Positions 12,415-24,000 of a stretch of 64,000 nucleotides of DNA are shown here, piece by piece. The notes under the pieces are model-generated. The model had not been told where the DNA came from. It searched no databases and worked only from the letters and a program-made list of their open reading frames with translations. Origin of the DNA: Glaucostegus cemiculus (Eukaryota); assembly GCA_976551045.1 (NCBI GenBank), contig CDPCPM010000263.1:1550001-1614000 (forward strand). The letters are read 5' to 3'. Position 1 is the first letter of the stretch. Each line of letters begins with the position of its first letter. The position numbers and the translations under genes were made by a program.

Positions 12415-13000
12415 ATCTTGTCAAGTGTTCAAATCCCACTCAAGACTTCAGCTCAAATCCCCTGACATTCCAGTGCAGTTCTGAAGGAGTGCGACACTAC
12501 CAGTGGCGATGCCTTTTGGTGAGCTGTTAAACTGAGGCCAAATGAGCTGAGCCTCTGATCCTCACCAATGTTACCACGGTAGTCTAGTGGTTAGCGTAAT
12601 GCTATCACAGTGCCAGCAACCCAGGTTCAATTCCAGCCACTGCCTGTAAGGAGCTTGTACGTTCTCCCCGTGTCTGTATAGGTTTCCTCCAGGTGCACCG
12701 GTTTCCTCCCACATTCCAAAGACGAACAGATTAGGAAGTTGTGGGCATGCTATGTTGGCTCCGGAAGCGTGGCGACACTTGCAGGCTGCCCCCAGAACAC
12801 TCAACGCAAAAGATGTATTTCACTGTGTGTTTTGATGTACATGTGACTAATAAAGATATCTTACCTTTATCACTTGACCAACATCAGTAACAGATTATCT
12901 GGACATTATCACATTTCTCTCTGAGCTCTGGCTGTATACAGTATATAGCAGCTGCCAACTTTTCTATATTACAAGTGTATCTGCATTTCAATAGTATTCA
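12415..13000 (+). mobile_element. Deu-domain SINE split by a V-SINE insertion
   Basis: gttcaaatcccactc..ttccagtgcagttctgaaggagtgc..gttaaactgaggcc before, and accaacatcagtaacagattatctggacattatcacatt after. Confidence 0.55.
12575..12865 (+). mobile_element. Young V-SINE with Rex1-like tail
   Basis: tRNA head (A box tagtggttag, B box ggttcaattcc), V-domain, tail tttcactgtgtgttttgatgtacatgtgactaataaag; nearly the same as 43382-43688. Confidence 0.85.
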
Positions 13001-13071
13001 TTAGAAATGATTCTTTTCATCCATGTCTTACCTTTCTAAACCTTGCTTGGACCATGTCAGAGTCAAGCTTA

Positions 13072-13617
13072 TCAAAGTCAAAGCCGAGTTTATTGCCATA
13101 TGCACAGGCACATGTATGCAAAACTGCAATGATAAACTTACTCGCAGCAACATCACAGGCACATAGCATCACATAAGCAGCATTCACAAGAAAAATACAT
13201 TAAACATAAATTAAACAATTTTTACAAGAAAGAACACAATTAGAACAAAAAAACAATGTCCGTTTTAGTGCAAAGTGATCAAAGTGGTCATAGTGTTGCT
13301 AAACTGCAGTGATTAGGGATGTGTCAGTTGGTTCAAGAACTTAATAGTTGAAGGGATGTAGCTGTCCTTGAACCTGGTGGTGTGGGACTTCAGGCTTCTG
13401 TACCCCCCTGCCCAATGGTAGCTGCGAGAAGATGGCATGGCCTGGGTGGTGGGGATCTTTGATGATGGATGTTGCCTTCTTGAGGCATTGCCTCCTATAG
13501 ATTCTACTGAGGGTGGGGAGGGATGTGCCAGTGATGTATTGGACAGGGTCCACTACTCTCTTCAGCTTCTTATGTGTCTGCACATTTGAATTGCCATATC
13601 AGGCCATGATGCAACCA
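13072..13617 (-). mobile_element. Rex1/Babar 3' fragment, family A
   Basis: ORF 13341-13583 HKKLKRVVDPVQYITGTSLPTLSRIYRRQCLKKATSIIKDPHHPGHAIFSQLP. Confidence 0.9.
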
Positions 13618-14629
13618 TGTGCTTGTATTATGGACTTAGCTCAATTCTTAGTGGATTACACAAAAAAAGAAACAAGTATTAAAGTTAGGGAGAAATGAGG
13701 AGTTTTGATATTTCAATCACCTATGGGGACCTCTGGACCTTAGTCTAATATCACATCCAAAAGACGTCCTTTCCAACAGTGCAGCACTGAAGTGTCAGCC
13801 TAGATTATGCACTCAGGACCTTGGACTGTGATATGATGTGGCAGCAATGCCACTGAGCTATGACTGGCAGCCATTGAGTCACCTAATTTTTCTCCTTGTC
13901 GCATTTTATTTTAAGAAAGCAAAACAACGTTATGAATTGAAACAGGAAGGATAACTGAAAATTAACTGTGAAAACCAGGGCACTCTTTACTCACTTTCAT
14001 TTGTGGTTTGCATTCTCTGTTACTCAACTGACAGAACTTCAAGATTCACAAATGTTGATGTGCACAGAGCCTCACCCCTATCGCCATGGAGTTTACTCCA
14101 TGACCACTGTTCCAGCAATATCAACAGACAGAAAACAGTGATGACTCTTTCCTTGTTCTCCCACTGTGACTGGACCTCTGTTGACATCTTTCACCCAATG
14201 TGGCAGGGTGTGTAGGATTTCCTGAGAACTGGCATTCTGTGGCCACCACTTGTTCAAGTCTTGGCCACTGGGACAAGTAAAGGAACTCTCTACTCTGATT
14301 GTCCTTTGTAAAACTGGTACCACAGTCCTGCTATTGCATTTTGGTCCATTAACAGAAGAAAAGCTTCTTGTATTTCACCTACACAATATTAATAGACTAA
14401 TAACCCAGAGGTTTAGACAAATAATTCAGGTTATGTGTGTTTATATCCACCAAGGGAGCTCAATATTTGAGTTGTGCTGAAATAGTAAAATACTGAAATC
14501 ATGAAAAATAAATATGATGTTGCAGGGTTATTAGAACTGGCTCACTAATGTTCCTTGGGGAAATAAGACATATTGTCCTCACCAGGTCTGTCCAAGATGT
14601 TGTCGTGACTCTTTAAATTGGTAGGTTGA

Positions 14630-16195
14630 CTCATTATCATCACATGTACCAAGGTACAGTGAAAAACTTTGTATTGCATGCTATCCATACAGATCATTTC
14701 ATTACAACAGTGCATTGAGGTAGTACAAGGGAGAAAAATAACAGAATAAAGTGTTGCAGATTACGGAGAAAGTGCAGTACAGGCAGACAATAAAGTGCAA
14801 GGTCATAACGAGGTAGATTATGATGTCAGGAATCAATCTTATTGTACCAGGGGACTGTTCAAAAGTCTTATAATAGCGGAATAGAAGCTGTCCTTGAGTC
14901 TAATGGTATGTGCTTTCAGGCTTTTGTATCTGCCCCCCAGTGAGAGGGAGAAGAGGGAATGTCTGGGGTGGGTGGGGTCTTTGACTATGTTGGTTGCTTT
15001 ACTGAGGCAGTGAGGAGTGTAGCAGAGTCCATGGAGCGGACACAAGAGAGACTGCAGATACTGGAAATCTGTAGCAACACACATACAAAATGCTGGAGGA
15101 ACTCAGTGGGTCAGGCAGTATCTATGGAAGAAAATGAATAGTGGACATTTTGGGCTGAGACCCTTCATCAGGACTGGAAAGAGGGCAGAAGCCAGAGTAA
15201 AAGGGTGAGGGGAGGGGAAGGAGCACAAGCTGGTGGGTGATAAGTGAATCCAGGTGAGGGGGGAAGGTAGGTAGGTGGGGGAGGGGGGAAAGTGGAAATG
15301 ATGTGAGAAGCTGGGATGTGGAAGTGGCAAAGGACTGAAGAAGATGGAATCTGAGAGGAGGACAGTGGCCCATGGAATAAAGGGAAAGAGGTGGGGAACC
15401 AGAGGGAGGAAGGTGTGGGTGATGGGCAGGTCGTGAGGGCAGGAGAGGGGAAAGAAAAGGGGTAAAGGGATAGGGAAAACAAAGGCAGGGTGGGGAACAG
15501 AGGGGAGTGGTTACCGGAAGTTAGAGAAATTGATGTAGATGCCATTAGATTGGAGACTACCAAAACGGAATACGAGGTGTTGTTCCTCTAATCTGCATCT
15601 AGCCTCAATTTGGCAGTAGAGAAGAATGTGGGAATGGGAAGTGGAATTAAAATGACTTGTCACTGGGAGATCCATGGAGGTGAGGCTGGTTTCCGTGATG
15701 TGTTGAGCTGTGTCCACAATTCTCTGCAGTTTCTTGCGGTCTCAGGCAGTTGCCAGATCAAGCCGTGATACATATGAGTAGGATGCTTTCTATGGTGCAG
15801 TAATAAAAATTGGTGAGGATCAAAGGGGGCATACCAAATTCCTCTAGCCCCCTGAGGAAGTAGAGGTGCTGGTGAGCTTTCATGGCCATGGCATCTACTT
15901 TGTTGGAACAGAACAGGCTATCAGTGATGTTCACTCCTAGAAACTTGAAGCTCTCAACCCTTTCAACCTCAGCACCATTGATGTAAACAGGAGCATGTGC
16001 ACCACCCCCTGTCCTGAAGTCAATGACCAGCTCTTTTGTTTTGCTGACATTAAGGGAAAGGTTGTTGTCATGACACCATGCGACTAGGCTCTCTATCCCC
16101 TTCCCACTCTCTGACTCATCGTTATTTGAGATTCGGCCTACTACGGTGGTGTCATCTGCAAACTTGTAGATGGAGTTAGAGCAGAATCTGGCCGC
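14630..16195 (-). mobile_element. Rex1/Babar RT and 3' end, family C, interrupted by a PLE
   Basis: gtgtcatctgcaaacttgtagat encodes IYKFADDT on the minus strand; KATNIVKDPTHPRHSLFS..GRYKSLKAHTIRLKDSFY. Confidence 0.9.
15037..15670 (-). mobile_element. Penelope-like element fragment (GIY-YIG C-terminus plus pLTR) with 9-bp TSD
   Basis: LPVTSHFNSTSHS..RCRLEEQHLVFRFGSLQSNGIYINF; TCCATGGAG at 15028-15036 and 15671-15679. Confidence 0.88.
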
Positions 16196-16199
16196 TGTG

Positions 16200-16490
16200 A
16201 TAGGGTGAGGCTAGGGTTGCCATGTGGATGAGCCGTCATAAACCTATCTACCAGATAACCATCTGCAGCTTATCAACTGTATCCCTGACCTCATCCTATC
16301 ACATCCTTTGTCCTCTCCATCCCTCTCTCATCTTCTCTACAAGTTAAAACTAACTTGGTTTCCCATTCTGACAAAGGGTCTGTGATTAAAACATTCCCCC
16401 TCTTCTCACTCCACAGAAGCTGCCTGCCTTGCTGAGTGGCTCCAGCAGTTTCTGTTTTAATTTCAAATTTCCAGCATCTTTAATTTTAGG
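16200..16490 (+). mobile_element. PLE terminal fragment
   Basis: ttctgacaaagggtc...tccacagaagctgcctgccttgctgagt..tccagca. Confidence 0.65.
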
Positions 16491-17074
16491 GTTTTTACTA
16501 TTTATTCAATTTATTTTTCTCTGAAATTTTCAGCGAAGTCTATGTCAGGCTAGGGATGGTGGTGAGTGTGAGGAGAGTGGGCATTGGAAAGGAAGTGCTA
16601 AGCAAAAGGGACATTTGGAAGCAATCATGCAATGCCTTGTAATGAAAGCATCTGCTGCGTATGCTCCCTGGGTCCAGCAGCAACCTCCCTCTGCTTGTGT
16701 TTATACAACAGTCTCCAGACTCCAGTTCTCCACTCTGTGTACATTTTACACCACTGCATTATTTGATGGTAAATATTTCTTACAAGACCACAAGCACCAA
16801 AGAGGGAATTTAGGGGTAAACAGTACAAACCAGTTGAGATTAGGTTGTATTCAAACTTTAGTCTAAGTCAATACATAGCGACAAGTCTGACCTAACACCC
16901 ACACCAAGGGATCAATTGACCAAACACTCCATACTTCTCTGTTCTAAGTCTGTCTAATCGTTCTTGCAGGGTTGTACCTCTCCATGGGCCATTTTCTCTT
17001 CCTTTGAAGTCCATTTCACACATCCAGCACCACCCCCAGAGACTTAGTATCCAATGGAAGCAAAAAACAAGCTT

Positions 17075-17200
17075 CTGTCGAGACCTGTAACGTTGAATAT
17101 TCCTGCCTCCACGGGTGCTCCCTGCCTTACTGAGATCCTCCAGCAGCTTGGTTTTGATGCACCAGATCCCAGGACCTGCAGTCTCTTGCATTTCTAGTGT
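17075..17200 (+). mobile_element. PLE mini-element
   Basis: cgagacctgtaacgttgaa..cctccacgggtgctccctgccttactgagatcctccagcag..ctgcagtctcttg. Confidence 0.65.
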
Positions 17201-17409
17201 CCACTGGGGTTCATTGAAACCATGACACGCACCACCATGCTCCAATGATAGAGAGTAGGTTCAGGACCATGGCCATTGGAAACCACCAGATGGAGAATGA
17301 GATACATTGGGCCCACAGTGTGACCAAAGACCCACAGATGTTAGAGGGTTGTTAGTGGCACAATGTGAATTATGCAGCACCACCTGCTAGACCAAAACTG
17401 CTGTTAAAC

Positions 17410-17600
17410 ACTTAATCCTCTCCCTAAACCTCTTCTCTTCCATCTTCTGAGATTCTTTAAACCCTTTCACAAAGTTTTAGGCTGTCTGCCCTACTGGATC
17501 CCTATGTGACTTAGACCTAAATTCTGTTTGATAACTCTTCAAAGATGCATCTTTGAAAATTTTGTAAGTTAAAGGTAAGTTCATTGCAAAATGCTGTTCA
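17410..17600 (+). mobile_element. L2 LINE 3' remnant
   Basis: ctctccctaaacctc...aagttttagg..ctgccctact..aaattctgtttgataac, the reverse-complement counterpart of 44060-44300. Confidence 0.45.
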
Positions 17601-18302
17601 AAACCCCCTTCACCCATCAGCCCTGTGCTCACAGATCCACATATGCTTCAGGTAAAGTATGAAAATTACTTCTAGTTTTCCAATTTCTTTGATCTGGTCT
17701 ACTTCTTTGATCCATTCTGATATCTCCTCAAGGTTGGAGTTAAACTTTGATAACATTGTAGTGCCTCCAAGCATTTTGCTTTGCCAGTGGCCTGGTAAAA
17801 ATTAGATATGTTCTGAGGTCCTTACAGGCCAACTACTTACTGCCCAACACAGGAATCCTCTAAACATTTTACAAATCCCATTCCTTTTCTCCATTAATTC
17901 CCACTCTGTCACAATTTATGCTGATTAATGAAAGCTCCCAGAGTAGTAATTTAGTGATCCCTATTTAATCTGACTACAAATCTCCGCTTCCTTTACTCTT
18001 CCACATTTTGGAAACCTGGGTGCACTACCTGACAATGGAAGAACATCACATCTTTAAGTGCTGTCTCTGCCTCTTTCCCTTTCAGCTGTCACCACACTCC
18101 CTGTTCTAATCTTTCCTAATCCATTCAGAGCATTATATTCCAATATATTTCCTTTCCAATCCCATGTCTGTATCAGGGCTTCCTGGAAAGTAATTCTTTC
18201 CAGTTTCCCCCATGTACTCCTTTCCCTCATTCCATGAATTGCACTATTAGACCTTCTATTTCCATTCTTATGTACAATATCCCTTTCCCATGTAGTTTGT
18301 CT

Positions 18303-18708
18303 ACACTGTTATAAGACTAATGAACGGTCCCCAGTCCAATAAAATGGACTCTTGACCTCACAATCTACCTCGTTATGGCCTTGCACCTTACTCTTTGCCT
18401 GCACTGCACTTTCTCTGTAACTGTAACATTTTATTCCTGATGAAGGATCTCGACCCAAAACATCAACTGTTTATTTCCCTCCATAGATGCTGTCTGACCT
18501 GCTGAGTTCCTCCAGCATCTTGTGTGTGTTGCTCCAGATTCCAGCATCTGCAGAATCTCTTGTGTCTGCACTTTATTCTGCATTCTATTGTTGTTTTCCT
18601 TTGTAGCACCTCAATGTACTGTTGTAATGAAATGATCTGTACAGATGGTGTGCAAAACAAAGTTTTTCACCGTACGTCAGTACATGTGACAATAATAAAC
18701 CAATTTAT
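18303..18708 (+). mobile_element. Rex1/Babar 3'UTR, family C, interrupted by a mini-PLE
   Basis: ctgttataagactaatgaacggtcc...gtacatgtgacaataataaaccaat. Confidence 0.85.
18437..18568 (+). mobile_element. 132-bp PLE mini-element with hammerhead-like head and ~10-bp TSD
   Basis: Starts ctgatgaaggatctcgacccaaaacatc; flanks cattttattc (18427-18436) and cactttattc (18569-18578). Confidence 0.85.
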
Positions 18709-19179
18709 CATTTAACTTTATTCTTCTTATAAACAATTCTCTTTGGGAATATTGTCATCAATTCCAATTCTTGAATGGTTTTCTCATTGCAATACATTTT
18801 GCCTTTTAAGTTTCCACCACGTACAATCTTCCACTTTTCCACATACACCTTCCACATACAATCATTTTCCCATTACATCTGCTCACTTCTTGCAGACATG
18901 TAACCCATCCTTGTGGAGTATCTTCCATCTTCATTAGAACCAGTGGCTATGCCTAACACAGTGTGAACCATCTTCCTCATGTCATTCCTTCAGCCACTGA
19001 GTTCTATAAAACTCCTCTCCTTCCTTATTCTGTGCTGTGGCAGGAGTGACAATAGAAATCTATTTATATGGAAGTAAAGAGAGGATCTGCATTTACAGAA
19101 CTCCTTTATGTACTCAGGATATTGCAAAGCTTTTCATGGCCAGCATTCACCACAAGGCAGCATCCAAATACAGGTAAGT

Positions 19180-19395
19180 GGAAATCTGAAAAAAACCCCA
19201 CTGGAAATCTGAAATAAAAGCAGAAAATACCGGAAAATCTCAGCAGTTCAGGCAGCATGTGTGGAAAGAGACATAGACTTAATGCTTCATGTTGAAGGTC
19301 ATTGTCAGAACTTGGAAAAAAGAGGAGACAAGTTAGTTTTAGGTGACAGAGAGGGTGGGGGAGGGATAGATAGGACAAAGGGAACGTCTGATATT
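19180..19395 (-). mobile_element. PLE terminal fragment
   Basis: ctggaaatctgaaataaaagcagaaaata..ctcagcagttcaggcagcatgtgtggaaagag. Confidence 0.7.
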
Positions 19396-20329
19396 ACAAG
19401 GCTAAGCCTTCTTTTCAAACCAGATATGCATGAGCATAATAGCGTTAACATTTCAAATATGGGTTAACAGTCTGTTTTTCCCTAGATGTGGTGAATGACT
19501 TAAGCCAGTGAGGAAGACTCACTGCAGTATGTCAGTCTGGCACAGTGGGTAACATTGATGACAGTGAGTCAAACTCTTGTGGGTTAAAGCAGGATCTGGG
19601 TTACACTGTAAAAGGCAACTGTGAACATTGAGACTCTATTTGTCTGTTTCTGTGGTTCACAAGGGCATTAATGTTCCAGTAATTCTGTATAAGCAGAGCA
19701 GAACAGAGCCTTGTAATTCTAACTCAACACCAACAAGACATAGCGAGGGCTTGTTGAGTGCAAAACTACCAATGGTCTTGATTGTATAACAAGTCATTTT
19801 ATTTCAATGTGACTCACTGCACCTGAGGCACCTTGAGATGTTTTTAATGGACATAATAAAATGCTACATAAATACAGCACATTACTTTCTTAAAAGAACA
19901 TTATTACAAAAGACACCTGAGACACCTGTGACAGAAGACCCTTTCAAGCCAAGCTCCTGTTCCAGAAACTCTGAGTTACAGACCAGTCTCACCTGCCAAC
20001 TGATGATACTCAGACAAATCCCTCATGCCAAACTCTGTAGTTTGCACTCAGTTTCACCTCCGAGTTTCCTTTTCACTTCAGAGCCATTGTTTAAATCCAA
20101 AAAGGCTATGATAGAGTTATGGAGTAATAGAGTTATATAGCATGGAAACAGGCCCTTTGGCCCAACTCATCCATGCTGACCAAGTTGCCTACCTGAGCTG
20201 GATTTCTTTTGATTCCCTTAATTTTGAGTAACCTCGGGAGTTTAGGGTAGGTTCCCCACCTTCAGTGTGAAGACATTTCTCCCCTCCTCTGTGCCATATG
20301 GTCCACCCCTTGTCCTGCGACTGTGCGTG

Positions 20330-21360
20330 GAGGAGGCTGAGGGAGGACTTGATTAGCAAATACAACATTACTAAATTATGAGGGACATAGATAGGATAGA
20401 TAGGGAAAATCCTCCCCCCCCCTGCCCCCCCATAGCAGAGGTATCTATAACCAGAAGGTGTGAGTTTAAGTTTAATGGTAAGAGATTTAGAGGGGTTTTG
20501 AGGAAGAACCTTTTCATCCTAGGGTGTTGAAATCTGGAATGTACTTCCAAAGGGAGTGGTGGAGTATCACTGCTTGGTTTGGAAGCTGCTCAGCTGCTGG
20601 GCGGAAGTCCCTCCAGAGGATAGTTAGGGCTGCGGAGTGGATCATAGGTGTCTCGCTTCCATCCCTCGCAGACATATACAAAGACTGTTGTGTGAGGAAG
20701 ACCAAAAGCATAATGGCCGACCCTTCTCACCCCTCCCATCACCTCTTTACAACTTTGCCATCAGGGAGGAGGCTTAAATGTATCAGGGCAAGAACGACCA
20801 GGCTGAACAATAGCTTCTTTCCGCAAGCCATCAGAACTGCAAACTCTCTCATCCCTCCATCTTCCTTTGTTAGCACTAAGAGATGCTAGGTGCACAGAAA
20901 TACACCAGCACTTTAAATGCCCGCCACCAGCTCGTTCACTTTAATAACTATTTATTTATTTACTGGCCATTTTTAATTTAATCTGCGTATTAATTTAATT
21001 TTAACTTCCGTAGTTTTTAATGTTTAATGTTTTTTAATGTTTATTCTGTTAAGTGTGTCTGTGTGTCTCTGTTGGTTGTTATTTAATGGGTCGAGCACCT
21101 GAGGAGGACGGTATCTCGCTCCTATGCATACTATGTATGTATATGGTTGTGACAATAAAACTGATTCTGGAGTTATGTAGTCTCATTACATTCAGATGTA
21201 TTAAGGTAAGCACTTGGAGTGTCATGATGTAGAAGACTACAGACTGAGTGTCAATAAATGGGATTAGTGTAGAGAGGTACTTGGTGGCTAGCACAGACAT
21301 GGTGGGCCAAAGGGCCTGTTTCCTTGCTGTCTGACCCTGTCTGCGATACGGCTGTATGAT
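20330..21360 (+). mobile_element. Decayed CR1 3' end split by a Rex1 insertion
   Basis: ggaggctgagggaggacttgatt..tggaatgtacttcc..gtggtggag before the insert, and ggtgggccaaagggcctgtttcc tail after it. Confidence 0.75.
20566..21167 (+). mobile_element. Rex1/Babar 3' fragment, family D (young), 6-bp TSD
   Basis: Open ORF ITAWFGSCSAAGRKSLQRIVRAAEWIIG..DPSHPSHHLFTTLPSGRRLKCIRARTTRLNNSFFPQAIR; TGGAGT at 20560-20565 and 21168-21173. Confidence 0.92.
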
Positions 21361-23006
21361 TGTCACTGAAACTCTTTAGAAGCTCGTTCCTTGGAGACTG
21401 TAGCAAGTGACAAAAACCCACAAAAAATAACGATGCGTGAAGTGAACAACAGATTCAGAGTTGTTCTTCTGTGCGTTAATGTGGAATTTTAACACAGGAA
21501 AACAACCACGGCTCTTCAGCACAATGTCATAAACCTGTTATTTCAGTAAGCACTCAAAGGGAGTTTTCCCTATTACTTTCTAATTGCAGGATGTGTGTTA
21601 ACAATGGAGTGAAAGACAATAATCTCCTTGTATATTGTTACTTCCCCCACACACACCCAATGATCTCCCACAGGGGTGACAACTGCTTTTAAGCCGTCAC
21701 ACAAGAAAGGTTTTCCTGTGCTTCTCTATGGATGAAGGTGTGTTTCCCTACATTTTACTGTGGTATTTTGTTTTTGTTAATATTTCATCAGTTTCCCATA
21801 TTCCTTGCCTGAGTCTATAAGTGAAAACTTGCTGCAGTCTCTGAGGTCATCAAACTGTTACCACTTTTGTTAAGTATAATATATTCATTGCTCCCTAGAC
21901 CAGGTAGTGTTGGGACATCCATTGCCAACTTCAGTGTTTAAGATTCTGGGAATGCAAAGGCAGCATCTTCTAAACTCTTCACTGAAAACACTGCAGATTT
22001 GGCCTTTGATTCCCTATTCCCATCTCATTTTGGCACATTTATTCCTGTATTATAAGATGATTAATAACTAGGCATTTTACTTGTATCTTAATCCTGCTGT
22101 TTCCTAGAAGAAGCGTGGGGTAATATTCACCATTTTGTGTCAAAGTGAAAGGAGCAGCTTTCTCTCTCACTTCAGTACAGGTCTCAGCACTGTCAATGTG
22201 GTCACCACTTTAAGCGGGGACTCTCCATTTAACACCCAATGCATTCATAAAAGGCTCTTGGAGGAATTAGTCTATTTCTGTCTACACTTCCCGGTTACAT
22301 CAATCCCGCTTTGTAAATTCTACAGAGAAGCAACATGTTTCCTAAGAACCTGGAGAGAAAGGGGAAGTAGAGTCAAATAATTAAATCTGCATGAAAAATT
22401 CAAAACAAGCTTTTAGCTACCTGACTAATAAAGTATGTGTCAATTATCTGTTGTTATCAGCGATCCCTCAATTCAAGGTGACAAACCCCAGTACAGTTCA
22501 TTGACTGATGCTTAGGTGACTCAGCAATCTGATCCTTGACAGACGTTCCCATGAGTGAGGCCTACCCAGTTCTCTTTCCCCCAACATCACTCCTTTCATT
22601 TCTGGGGGAAAGGCCATTCTCTTCAAAGTGGGGTCCACTTGCTGGAGGTTGGGATGCCAATGAGATCGATTATTAGATAGTTTGCATGTTTTTGAATCAA
22701 TGGTAATGAAGTATATATGTCGATAACTACATTTCTGTCTATAAGGTCCGAGATATAGTTATCCCGATTACCCTTACTTACTCTGTGACAGGGATGCCTC
22801 CTGTTATTCTTATTTGTGACAGAAGTGAAAGTGCAAATTTCCTCAACTTCTTACAATAAACAGTTAAATGGCATATAACTTTCAGTGTACATCCATCAGC
22901 TCTGCCATGGGACAGATATAACACAATGTATGCACTGTTATGAGTAACACGTATGTCATCATTTATCTCATACACTCGTGTCCAGGCTATTGGCTAATGC
23001 TTCACA

Positions 23007-24000
23007 GACCCCAGCTGTTTACGATCTATGTTAATGATTTAGATGAAGGCATTGAGAATAACATTAGCAAGTTTGCTGATGATACAAAGTTGGGTGGCAG
23101 TGCGACATGTGTAGAGGAAGTTAGGAGGTTTCAAGGTGACTTGGATAGGTTGGGTGAGTGGGTAGATACTTGGCAGATGAAGTTTAATGTGGATAAGTGT
23201 GAGGTTATACACTTTGGGAGCAGGAACAGGAAGGCGGATTATTATCTGAATGGTGTGGAGATAGGTAAAGGGGAGGTACAAAGGGATCTAGGAGTCCTTG
23301 TTCATCAGTCGCTGAAAGTGAATGAGCAAGTGCAGCAGGCGGTGATGAAGGCTAATTGTATGTTGGCCTGTATTACGAGGGGAATTGAGTACAAGAGCAA
23401 AGAGATACTTTTGCATTTTTACAGGGCCCTGGTGAGACCGCTCCTGGAGTATTGTGTACAGTTTTGGTCTCCGGGGTTAAGGAAGGATATCCTGGCTATA
23501 GAGGGCGTGCGGCGTAGGTTTACAAGGTTAATTCCGGGGATGTCGGGACTGTCTTATGCAGAGGGGTTGGATAGACTGGGATTGTACACGCTGGAATTGA
23601 GAAGATTGAGAGGGGATCTGATTGAAACATACAAGATTGTTAAGGGATTGGACAAGATAGAGACAGGAAATATGTTCCAGATGTTGGGGAAGTCCAGGAC
23701 CAGAGGGCATGATTTAAGAATAAGGGGTAGGCCATTTAGGACAGAGGTGAGGAAAAACTTCTTCTCCCAGAGGGTTGTGAGTTTGTGGAACGCACTGCCT
23801 CAGAGGGCAGTGGAGGCCAATTCTCTGGGCACTTTCAAGAAGGAGCTAGATAGGTTTCTTATAGATAAGGGAATCAAGGGATATGGGGACAAGGCAGGAA
23901 CGGGATATTGAGTGTTGAGGATCAGCCATGATCTCAAAATGGCAGAGCAGCCTCGAAGGGCCGAATGGTCTACTTCCGCTCCTATTGTCTATTGTCTATA
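23007..24000 (+). mobile_element. Young 5'-truncated CR1 LINE
   Basis: Uninterrupted RT C-terminus; 3'UTR aagggccgaatgg; tail ctattgtctattgtctata. Confidence 0.97.
23009..23911 (+). CDS. CR1 ORF2 reverse-transcriptase C-terminal fragment (TE-derived, no genuine start)
   Basis: [68 protein letters not shown]; the first 23 aa of the ORF-track entry are flanking sequence. Confidence 0.85.
   Translation, partial: PQLFTIYVNDLDEGIENNISKFADDTKLGGSATCVEEVRRFQGDLDRLGEWVDTWQMKFNVDKCEVIHFGSRNRKADYYLNGVEIGKGEVQRDLGVLVHQSLKVNEQVQQAVMKANCMLACITRGIEYKSKEILLHFYRALVRPLLEYCVQFWSPGLRKDILAIEGVRRRFTRLIPGMSGLSYAEGLDRLGLYTLELRRLRGDLIETYKIVKGLDKIETGNMFQMLGKSRTRGHDLRIRGRPFRTEVRKNFFSQRVVSLWNALPQRAVEANSLGTFKKELDRFLIDKGIKGYGDKAGTGY

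Noticed and set aside
17860-18960. Possible ancient CR1 ORF1 remnant on the minus strand (zinc-finger-like VCKK near 18890)
   Set aside because: Too decayed to support boundaries or identity
19118-19180. Exon-like stretch ending CAG|GTAAGT
   Set aside because: The acceptor side lies in a decayed SINE/L2-type tail and the pyrimidine tract is weak
22940-23008. N-terminal part of the 323-aa ORF as a host gene start
   Set aside because: Chance read-through from flanking DNA into a truncated CR1; RT homology starts only at 23009
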